From Asterias rubens (Eukaryota), in NCBI RefSeq assembly GCF_902459465.1, contig NC_047074.1, positions 14,694,001 to 14,758,000 on the forward strand: a DNA stretch of 64,000 nt, read 5' to 3'. The stretch's first letter is position 1, and each line of letters opens with the position of its first letter. Positions 13,350 through 24,205 of the stretch are shown one piece after another. The notes under the pieces were generated by a model. The model had not been told where the DNA came from. It saw nothing but the letters and a program-made list of their open reading frames with translations, and ran no database searches. A program made the translations under genes and the position numbers.

Positions 13350-15670
13350 TGGAGAGGTAAGCCTCGCAGTTTTATTGAAAATGGGCAAAACATTTATGAA
13401 ATCAAAAGTTTTGTTGAAAATAGGCAAAAAATTGATAAAATCACAAGGGGTAAGCCTTGCAGTTTTGTTGGAAATGGGCAAAAAATCAATAAAATCTCAA
13501 GGGGTAAGCCTTGCAGTTTTGTTGGAAAATAGGCCAAAAATTGATAAAATCACAAGGGGTAAGCCTTGCAGTTTTGTTGAAAATAGGCCAAAAATTGATA
13601 AAATCACAAGGGGTAAGCCTTGCAGTTTTGTTGAAAATAGGCAAAAAATTGAACAAATCACAAGGGGTAAGCCTTGCAGTTTTGTTGAAAATAGGCAAAA
13701 AAATCGATAAAATCTCAAGGGGTAAGCCTTGCAGTTTTGTTGAAAATAGGCCAAAAATTGATAAAATCACAAGGGGTAAGCCTTGCAGTTTTGTTGAAAA
13801 TAGGCCAAAAATTGATAAAATCACAAGGGGTAAGCCTTGCAGTTTTGTTGAAAATAGGCCAAAAATTGATAAAATCACAAGGGGTAAGCCTTGCAGTTTT
13901 GTTGAAAATTGGCAAAAATTTTTACAAAATCACAAGGGGTGAGCCTTGCAGTTTTGTTGAAAATAGGCAACAAATTGATAAAATCACAAGGGGTAAGCCT
14001 TGCAGTTTTGTTGAAAATAGGCAACAAATTGATAAAATCACAAGGGGTAAGCCTTGCAGTTTTGTTGAAAATAGGCCAAAAATTGATAAAATCACAAGGG
14101 GTGAGCCTTGCAGTTTTGTTGAAAATAGGCAACAAATTGATAAAATCACAAGGGGTAAGCCTTGCAGTTTTGTTGAAAATTGGCAAAAAATTTTACAAAA
14201 TCACAAGGGGTGAGCCTTGCAGTTTTGTTGAAAATAGGCAAAAAATTGATAAAATCTCAAGAGGTAAGCCTTGCAGTTTTGTTGAAAATTGGCCAAAAAA
14301 TTTACAAAATCACAAGGGGTGAGCCTTGCAGTTTTGTTGAAAATAGGCCAAAAATTTATAAAATCACAAGGGGTAAGCCTTGCAGTTTTGTTGAAAATAG
14401 GCCAAAAATTTATAAAATCACAAGGGGTAGGCCTTGCAGTTTTTGTTGAAAATAGGCCAAAAATTTATAAAATCACAAGGGGTAAGCCTTGCAGTTTTTT
14501 TGAAAAAGGCCAAAAAATAATAAAATCACAAGGGGTAGTAAGCCTTGCATTTTTGTTGAAATTTGGCCAAAAACTGATAAAATCACAAGGGGTAAGCCTT
14601 GCAGTTTTGTTGAAAATTGGCAAAATATTTACAAAATCACAAGGGGTAAGCCTTGCAGTTTGTGTTGAAAATTGGCAAAAAAAATTACAAAATCACAAGG
14701 GGTGAGCCTTGCAGTTTTGTTGAAAATAGGCAAAAATTGATAAAATCTCAAGGGGTAAGCCTTGCAGTTTTGTTGAAAATTGGCAAAATATTTACAAAAT
14801 CACAAGGGGTAAGCCTTGCAGTTTGTGTTGAAAATTGGCAAAAAAAATTACAAAATCACAAGGGGTGAGCCTTGCAGTTTTGTTGAAAATAGGCAAAAAT
14901 TGATAAAATCTCAAGGGGTAAGCCTTGCAGTTTTGTTGAAAATTGGCAAAAAAATTTACAAAATCACAAAGGGTGAGCCTTGCAGTTTTGTTGAAAATAG
15001 GCCAAAAATTGATAAAATCACAAAGGGTGAGCCTTGCAGTTTTGTTGAAAATAGGCCAAAAATTGATAAAATCACAAGGGGTAAGCCTTGCAGTTTTGTT
15101 GAAAATAGGCAAAAATTGATAAAATCTCAAGGGGTAAGCCTTGCAGTTTTTTTGAAAAAAGGCCAAAAAATGATAAAATCACAAGGGGTAGTAAGCCTTG
15201 CATTTTTGTTGAAATTTGGCCAAAAATTGATAAAATCACAAGGGGTAAGCCTTGCAGTTTTGTTGAAAATAGGCAAAAAATTGATAAAATCTCAAGGGGT
15301 AAGCCTTGCAGTTTTTGTTGAAATTGTGCCAAAAATTGATAAAATCACAAGGGGTAGGCCTTGCAGTTTTGTTAAAAATAGGCCAAAAAATTATAAAATC
15401 ACAAGGGGTAAGCCTTGCATTTTTGTTTAAAATAGGTCAAAAATTGATAAATTCACAAGGGGTAAGCCTTGCATTTTTGTGGAAAATAGGCAAAAAATTA
15501 ATAAAATCACAAGGGGTAAGCCTTGCAGTTTTTGTTGAAATTGTGCCAAAAATTGATAAAATCACAAGGGGTAGGCCTTGCAGTTTTGTTGAAAATGGGC
15601 CATAAATTGATAAAATCACAAGGGGGTCAGCCTTGCAGTTTTGTTGAAAATAGGCTAAAAATTGATAAAA
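13350..15670. repeat. 54-bp satellite array, about 43 copies
   Basis: Unit AAATCACAAGGGGTAAGCCTTGCAGTTTTGTTGAAAATAGGCCAAAAATTGATA. Period 54 measured (13741 to 13795). Homogeneous core with degenerate ends; further degenerate units at about 16447-16565. Confidence 0.97.
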
Positions 15671-15794
15671 GTATTATTTTTGTACAGATTTGTTACAAAT
15701 AAAAGCTTATTGTATTCAGAAAAGCGGAAACCTTAAAAAATAACTAAACCACACCTCTCAAAATAAGATGATAACAGACCACAATTGGCAAGAC

Positions 15795-16428
15795 CATGGA
15801 GGAAGAAGAGAAGGAGCTCGAAGGAAGGGACTTCAAAAGTCGAACCTGCGGTACCGCGGTCGTTTAACGACACCTCGTAATCACCAACATACCTTATACA
15901 GACAATGGGCGACCTGGCGTATGTGAGTTTGCGCGTGCGCACATGGTTCTTCACTCAACTATGGTGTCGTATGTCGTTTTGTCGTATGGATATAATACAG
16001 AAAAAACAACTTTTTTGAGACGTGATAAAAATTGTGTACACTTGTGCTCACCAAATCGAAAACACAATTGAATACCAACCACCCTCGTGTGCTAATACCC
16101 AAATTTTGAACCACCGCTAGTGACCGGAAAGTCACAAAAAATGTAAAAATATGCCATGATGTTTCCGTGAAACACCACAAACGGTAAATGAAAATGTGTA
16201 CATTCACAATTCTTGTTTCCAATGATTCAACTTTACACGCAGGCAAGAGCACAGACTGGCGGTACCACACGTTCTGTACAAAGAGATTTAATCCCGCTCG
16301 TTAATCGGCCGTCCAGCTGGAGGTCTCCTATCTTTTTCCACTGGCCAGACAGGGGCATTGTCAGAGTATTCTTTTGTTACTCTGCGGTTTTGCGGGTCGT
16401 TCGAGCTCCTTCTCTTCCTTCCTCCATG
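15795..16428. mobile_element. Non-autonomous DNA transposon with about 28-bp TIRs and 7-bp TSD (P-superfamily-like)
   Basis: Left end CATGGAGGAAGAAGAGAAGGAGCTCGAA; right end TTCGAGCTCCTTCTCTTCCTTCCTCCATG; direct repeat GCAAGAC at 15788-15794 and 16429-16435. Confidence 0.8.
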
Positions 16429-16590
16429 GCAAGACTCACCAAAACTAGTAAGCCTTACATTTTTGTGAAAAAAGGCTAAAATTTAAGCAATTGTAAGGGG
16501 TAAGCCTTGCATTTTTGTACAAAATTTACACAAATTGCAAGGGGTAAGCCTTGAATTTTTGTCAAAATAAGTGAAAAAAAACCCAAAAAA

Positions 16591-19500
16591 CTACTTACTA
16601 GAGTCAAAAGAAAAGTCATCTCTAGCATCTAGTGTATTATTATCAGACAACACATTCACAGAATCCCCTCCATTAAGACTATCTCCATCTCTGGATAAAG
16701 ATACAGGCTCTACCCCACTCTCACCGTCTATTCTATCGCTTCGGTCTCTCATGGATACCAAGCCTTGGAAATCACTCTTCTTAAACGCAATGAGACAGTG
16801 AAGGTTTCCACCAACCCGCTTCGTCTTCCTGGTTTGAACTCCTAAATGAAGCTTGCGAATGTTCAGACACTGTGGACTCTTGCAGTTTAAATCCAAGGAA
16901 ATGTCGTCCCATCTGTTAAGCCAAGACAATAATAAAGAATGTGTAAGAGGAACAGTTCATACTTCCTGCATATGCAAATTTAAGCGAATATTGACGTCAA
17001 AAACAAATAATTAGCCACATTTGAGTTTGTTGTTGCCCTTAAAGCAATAAGTATAAAACACTGTACACTGTACTTTCTCGAGTTATGTGATAAACAATAA
17101 AACCAATTTACAAATCAGTCGGGTGGGATTCTAACCCAAAACCTTTGCATTGCTAGAGCAGATGTCTTACCAGTATACTAACAAGCTAGTGTAGGTGTCG
17201 CAGCATTTTCATCAAGAATGGTTTGGCTAAGTGACAGAAGCTACCGGGCACATCTCGGGCATTCATGAAGGGTTACTACCAAAATTTGAATTCTTTCGAT
17301 GAGCCCTTCCTACCTGAAACAGTGAATCCCTGGCTGTTTGCGACTTGGGTCTCCAACAAGAATCCAACTGTCAACCTCGTTGTCAGTAAGAGGACACCTG
17401 GGATGTAGGAATGGAAGTGCATGGACAATGTTAACTAACATAGCGATGAAGCCACAACCATGATGAGGAGAGGGGCATACAAGGGAAGGGTTCGAGTGAA
17501 GGGTGGTTCATGAGTGTAAAGCTTGCTTCATGAGTAGGGGTTGATTTGGAGACTAAAGTATGGCAGGGACAGGGAGGGAATGGGCGTGGGGTGAAAGGAT
17601 GGGTGCAAGGGTAGATTTTGTTGCGAGGATACGGTCAACTACCAGAGGATTTGAGTAGTGTGGGGTTGGTGATGGATGCAATAGTAGGGAGTTTTTTGTG
17701 ACTGTGAGGGAGGGGTCAGGTGTAAGGAATTGGTGTGACTTTAGGAGCCAATTAACGTTGTTTTCCAGAACTTCCTACATAGTGTTAATGTTGAGTGGTA
17801 TTGAGACGGAGCACTGCTTATTGTAGTGAGACTGGGGAAGGGTGAAGGGTTGGATGTGAGGGTACGGGTTTTGGGAGGGTAGCAGACTTGGTATGAGTTT
17901 AGTTTTATAGGCACAGTGCAATAAACATCAGTTTTTTGTTTTAAACAGCAACCACCATGACCAGCCTGCTCCCTTCTGGTGAGGCAAGTCAGCATCATAG
18001 CTCTGGGACTTCACAAAACCTCTTTCGAACATTTCATTCACATTTCAACACTTTTGGTTCACAACCCACCTGTAGGCATCCTCGGCTTTCTTTGGAACGT
18101 CTTCAAACCCCACAGGACAGAAGTAATGATTCCAGCAATGGTAGATGAATGTCGTCCCTGGATCTTGAAGTCCACTCTTGAGAATCTTTAAGGCTTCTTC
18201 AGATGTTCTGCCTAGGGTACGACATTTACCTACCGGCTTGTACATGTAGTAGGACTTGCCTCTTGTTCCGTAATGGTTGTTGAGCTTTTTAAACCATCTG
18301 GAAAGAAAACGTTCTGATATTTTAAAGGCAGTGGACACTATTGGTAATTACTCAAAATAACTACATGTATTGGCATAAAACCTTTCTTGGTAATGAGTAA
18401 TGGCGAGAGGTTGATGATATAAAACATTGTGAGAAACGGCTCCCTCTGAAGTGCCATAGTTTTCGAGAAAGAAGTAATTTTCCACGAATTTGATGTTGAG
18501 ATCTCAGATTTAGAACTTGAGGTCTCGAAATCGACCATCTAAACGCACACAACTTCGTGTGACAAGGGTTATTTTTCTTTCATTATTATCTCGCAACTTT
18601 GATGATCGATTGAGCTCACATTTTCACAGGTTTGTTATTTTATGCATATGTTGAGATACACCAACTGTGAAGGCTAGTCTTTGACAATTACCAATAGTGT
18701 CCAGTGTCTTTAAGACCTCTGTGTGATTCCAGGCCTGAAGGAGAGTTCAGAGATCTATGGCCTCTGTGTGATTCCAGGCCTGAAGGAGGGTTCAGAGATC
18801 TATGGCCTGTGTGATTCCAGGCCTGACGGAGAGTTCAGAGATCTATGACCTCTGTGTGATTCCAGGCCTGAAGGAGAGTTCAGAGATCTATGGCCTCTGT
18901 GTGATTCCAGGCCTGAAGGAGAGTTCAGAGATCTATGACCTCTGTGTGATTCCAGGCCTGAAGGAGGGTTCAGAGATCTATGGCCTGTGTGATTCCAGGC
19001 CTGACGGAGAGTTCAGAGATCTATGACCTCTGTGTGATTCCAGGCCTGAAGGAGAGTTCAGAGATCTATGGCCTCTGTGTGATTCCAGGCCTGAAGGAGA
19101 GTTCAGAGATCTATGACCTCTGCGTGATTCCAGGCCTGAAGGAGAGTTCAGAGATCTATGGCCTCTGTGTGATTCCAGGCCTGAAGGAGAGTTCAGAGAT
19201 CTATGACCTCTGTGTGATTCCAGGCCTGAAGGAGAGTTGCTTTTACAAGAAATTACAACTGATTTTGTTTTTAGTTCCCTTCTCAGCAAAATCAAAGTTG
19301 ACCCATGGGGTAAACCTCTCAGATGGAAACTTTTTCACTAACCTCATTAAAGTACCATTGCCCGTAAATGGGCCGAAACGAATTTCACCGAATGGAGGTT
19401 TAAAGCCTAAGACTGTCAGAGCTTCCTCTTGTGTGATTGGACGGTGACTTCCAGCTCCAAGCGTAGAGAATAAATAATTCCAGCAAGACACTACAGAAGA

Positions 19501-21676
19501 TAGGCCACAGGATTTGCTGTATTGAGGTCTTGACATGCAAAACCTATGGAGTAATAGAAGATTGATTTATAATTGTGAAACTTTGGAGCCTATTGCTTTA
19601 GGCTGCATAAAGGTAGGGTCATAGTTCTGGTAAACATTCCGAAAGTTAATGCCCATTAAACTTACTTGGTGAGAATAATTGTTGGGATAAAATTAACTGG
19701 TTTGGGCTGTCAACTCAAATCAACTGTCAACAGGGGCATGTTGCAACCTACTCCTGGGGCTGAAACAGGGTTATCCCCCTTATACGTAAGGATGTAGGCA
19801 TGGATATCAACCACTAGGAGCCTGGCTAGTAGAGCAGAATGCACTAGGAGAGGCTACTGCCACCAGGGGCACGTTGCCACCTGGGCCTGAAACAGGCCCG
19901 GTTACCCCCTTTATACGTAATGATGTAGGCATGGGCATCATCCACTAGGAGCCTGGCTAGTAGAGCAGAATGCACTAGGAGAGGCTACTGCCACCAGGGG
20001 CACGTTGCCACCTGGGCCTGAAACAGGCCCGGTTACCCCCTTTATACGTAATGATGTAGGCATGGGCATCATCCACTAGGAGCCTGGCTAGTAGAGCAAA
20101 ATGCACTACCTTCCCACTTTTATGAAGCAAAGTGCCTTTTTTAAGGACACTAGTGTCATGACTGGAAATCAAACCCACACTCTGCTGCTGCTGATACAAA
20201 CTTACCATCTTCTTTGGTCTAAAACTTTCCTCGCTGCAAGTGATGTGGTTGTTGCCGATACCTTGGGTGGAATATACAGGTCCTCAGTTTTACTTCCAGC
20301 TTGGAACGACGCTTCATTCTTTTGCAGCTTCTTAACGACTCTTGCTAAAAAAAGTAACCAATAAGATTGCTGTCACTGTGAGTATTTTATTTCTAGTAAT
20401 ATGCTAAACTTATTGGGTAAACTTCTTCATAATATTAAGTTGAACAAAACAAAAACTGGTTCGAGCAGGATTTGACCCTGCATCCTCAAATTAAAAAGCT
20501 CATTACCATTGGTAAAGTGTGCAGTTGCGTGTACGCGCAAACACCATGGTCTTGAAACCAAGCCTACAAACTTGGTCTACGCATGCAACCAAGGTGTTAG
20601 CAAGCCAAATTGTTGATAAGAATACACTCAATGTTATCCAAACCTTTTCTTCTTGTAAAATCTTTTGGTGCTGCTAAATCAGACAGATCTATCTCCCAGA
20701 CTATTTGTGACTTCTCTTTGCTGGAGGCAGTACTCGTCGACGATGACTGTTCTACTGAAGGTTTCGGCGGCACATTCTCCACATCACTTTCACTTTCTGT
20801 TGATTCTGTTTCAGTATTTCTTAATGAGTCTCTTCTTAAAGACACTTCGAAAATTGAAGAATCTGTTTTGAGTGTCCCTAGGTTGAGTGTGGGCGGTAAT
20901 ATTGAGGAAGAAGATAGTAGGCTGTTGATGGTAGATGATTCTGTGTCATTTTCCTCCGCAGACAACAGTTTCACCTGAAGATCTTTTAGTACTTGTCTTG
21001 GTGATGTTGATCCTAGAAATCAAAAGTGAGATAAAACAAGATGGTGTAAGATTTGTTTAAGTTTGGGTAGCCCCAGTGCATGAATCCAGCTCTTTACCCG
21101 AGAAGACGGAAGCATCTGATTACAAAAAAAAGCCCGGCAAGGATTCTTTTTCAAAACTGTTGGAGCATTCTGGACCCAAACTTTGGAAGCTTGGCCAAAG
21201 CACACTGAACTGAAACGAGGTCCAAATAATGTTTTTATACGCTATTTATCTTTGGTTAGACAAGTACAGACCTTGAACCTCACTCTTGAAGGGACACAGC
21301 AAATTTTGCCCCAGTAAGTAAGAGGCCCTCTATTTATAAGCAAAATTAAATGTTTATTTTAAGCTTAAAGGCTAGCAAACGGCACCACAGCAAAAGGACA
21401 TGGCACGAATTGGCACAATGGCAATTGCTGTGGGTGATATGCGTGCCGTGGGTTAATTCAAAGCCTGCCTGTACCTGAAACTGGTTCTCTTGATTTAGCC
21501 TGCGTGTCCAGCTCAGATACTCCGATTCTGTCAGTCTTAACAATAGAGCCTGTAGAGTCCTTAATAGATCTTTCATTGTAGAGTACAGCAATCTGGTCGA
21601 GGTCTATCGGACCATCATATCTTATGTCTTCATTGTCCTCGTTGTCCAAAAGAAACAAAGACTTGAAATTTCCCAT
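16591..21676 (-). CDS. BIVM: Basic immunoglobulin-like variable motif-containing protein, 7 coding exons, about 514 aa
   Basis: Exons in transcription order: 21676-21475, 21012-20644, 20344-20206, 19543-19343, 18297-18070, 17397-17314, 16912-16591. All introns GT-AG with consistent phases; total 1545 nt. Motifs [104 protein letters not shown] and RKTKRVGGNLHCLIAF match recalled vertebrate BIVM. Confidence 0.93.
18322..18713. mobile_element. TTAA-flanked MITE, family A, full length, in a BIVM intron
   Basis: TTAA-AGGCAGTGGACACTATTGGTAATT ... AATTACCAATAGTGTCCAGTGTCT-TTAA. Confidence 0.9.
18714..19236. repeat. 45-bp minisatellite, about 11.5 copies, with a 178-bp four-unit higher-order duplication
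   Basis: Unit GACCTCTGTGTGATTCCAGGCCTGAAGGAGAGTTCAGAGATCTAT. The same variant block (GAGGGTT...CTGACGG) recurs at 18783 and 18961. Confidence 0.95.
19735..20106. repeat. 131-bp tandem repeat, about 3 copies, in a BIVM intron
   Basis: CCACTAGGAGCCTGGCTAGTAGAGCA at 19811, 19942 and 20073. Confidence 0.9.
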
Positions 21677-24205
21677 TGTTACGTAAAACACCAGTGTACT
21701 GTGTAAATGGAAGAAGAAGAAGAAGAACTTAATTAAGCAGAGCGTTTGCAAGAAGTAGATCTCAAGTTTGGTCAACCTAGTACAGTAGTACTAGTCTACT
21801 AGTAGTAGGTAGGTAGTGTTGTACATATGTAGTAGTAGTTAAGAAGAGTAAGACTCCCATCCCATAAGGTTTATCGCGATTAAGAAACGCACTGCATTGT
21901 GGGAAGGAATATGGGCGGTTACTATGCAGTTTGTACGACTCGCGCACGCAACGCCTATACCTTTGTGCGGGTTCAACAGCGCCCTCTCTTGATATTTTGC
22001 TATTCGCGATAAACCTTATCAACATATTTCTCAACTAAAGCCTCATGGTCCACTCGTCCAACCAAGGTACTCCTAAAACTACGAGGCAACGTGAAATAAC
22101 AATAACACTGGACAGGAAATAGTCTTGTGTCGTCGAACAACATCAACTGATCAATTCATTATAAACATGATCAAAACAAGTTAAACACATATTTATTTTA
22201 AAAAATGTGCTCAGGCTCAACCTCCATCATTGTGGCATGTTCAATAAGATCAGATTCATATCATAGCCTACAGTCTTTATTGCTCCATGCTACTAACTAC
22301 AGTCTACACTTTTTTATATTTCAACAAAAAACACCAACGTCGCCGTGTATGAGTGAAGCTTGACTTTTCTGGAACGAGAAGATTAAGAAATCTCTATGAG
22401 CCTGTTCAGCATGTAGATGACCAAAGAATGTATAGTATTTTAAGTTGGATTGTGTACATAAAAATTATGAATGAGCTCACCTGTCACCTGCCTGTCCAGT
22501 GTTATTGTTGTTCATAAAAGACTCACTTTTATGCATTCAAATGGCATTTTTGTTTACCGTTGCGCACTTCAAGCCTGCCCTCTCGTGGCGTATTTGAGTT
22601 TGCAACATGACCAATTGAAGTAAGCACCGAGTTAAAACGGTCACTGGTGGAGCCCCCCCCCCCCCCTCCTCACGCCCCCATTTGCCAATAATATATTAAT
22701 AGTCAAATTGTGAAGATGTCATAAGGACTATAGATAACAATTATTGTATTATGTTGCTCTTTCACATCATAAACATCAACCGTTATTTCCACCCCATCCT
22801 GCGCAGCCCCGCCCCCAAGGACTATGACACGAGTTGGCGCTGCCCAATTACAGACTCACAATATGCACTCGTCCCCATGATTCGGTCTCATGCAAAATTA
22901 TATGTACGTACTTCATGTAACTGGGGACGAGCGAACCCCCTAAAATGCAATAACATCTCATTATGTCATTTGCCATTTGACATTTTGATACAAGATGAAT
23001 GATGAAAGCGCACAACAAACGACACCTCCTACAATACAAATGAAAAAGTAAAGTGGAGCATCGTTTGTGTACTTTGTTTTCTCGATAGGCTAAATCATAG
23101 AGCTCTATATTATGGTGAGTAAGGTAAACAACAATCATAAGTTAAGATCGTTGTGTTTGTCACCAAAAAAAATAAAAGAGTGCTGAAGCCATCCAGATTC
23201 TAGGACATTATTTATTGGGGTCGATATAAACTGGATATAAATTACAGGAGATTTGTATGCCTTTGAAAAAAATCAAAAAAATTGTGTTTATTTATTGAAA
23301 ATACTAAATTATTTTCAAACAACAACACCATAATAAACAAGAACAACCACTCCTCATTCCTGATGTAAGATCTGAGCCAAGAACAACCACTCATTAGGCT
23401 ATGCCTATATATAACTCATTAACTGTTCAATGTCCAGATACAAAGTAATTATGTAAATAGTTTCATAACTAGCTAACTGCCCTGAGTACCCTACTGCTGC
23501 AGTGCTGGGTTACATAAAAATTAAAAACAACTATTTGAATATATAAGTTATATTATAACTTATAAATAAGAGCATGGCACTGCCAGCTTTGTAAACTTGA
23601 CACGGAATTACTAATCCAATTAGCCCTGTACTGTAGGTAGGTAGTTTGTGCCACTGGCACTGCTGCAACAACGGAGGAGTCCAACCTGGGCTAACACGGG
23701 AATCTGTTTTCACTGTCGGATTGTAGTGTAGATTTAACAAGTTACAAATTGGAACAGACTGACTGATATTATTCCATGGAGTACACCTTTAATTAGGCAA
23801 CTTTTGGTAACGAAGGCAAGTTATTGACTTAGCTTTTATAACACCATTTTGGACTCCTTATTTTCTTCATCAACGGAAAAATCTGATTGTATTGTATACC
23901 TTGTTCACTCACTACATGCGCTATGAGTGACCCCTCCTATCTTCCTTGAACTTGAAAGGTAGGGATATACGTACCTAGGCTCTGGAGTTTCATCCCACAT
24001 ATAAATAACTGAAATTTCTTCATTGTCTTCTCACATCGTCCAGATGCTGCACAGGCTTTGATAAGAATGCAATGTAGACAACAATTATTGAAACAAATCA
24101 TTTCAGTAATTATACATTATTTCTTGTTATTTCTCCAGTGCAGATTTCCTTCAGTGACGTCACTGTCCGAGTAAAACACAAGAAGTAGCCCATTTTCTGA
24201 GCGGG

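Noticed and set aside
13323-15619. Many overlapping ORFs with 18-aa repeats (KIDKITRGKPCSFVENRP etc.)
   Set aside because: Artefact of a 54-bp unit that is a multiple of 3 and lacks stops in several frames on both strands; frames break at single-base indels and there are no splice signals or unique flanking coding sequence.
18714-19236. Regularly spaced repeats resembling a CRISPR array (also 6760-7032, 51628-53676, 62820-63080)
   Set aside because: Units are head-to-tail with no unique spacers, there are no cas genes, and the DNA is eukaryotic.
18802-19447. ORFs 18802-19026, 18978-19295 and 18980-19447
   Set aside because: Minisatellite translation plus antisense overlap with a BIVM exon.
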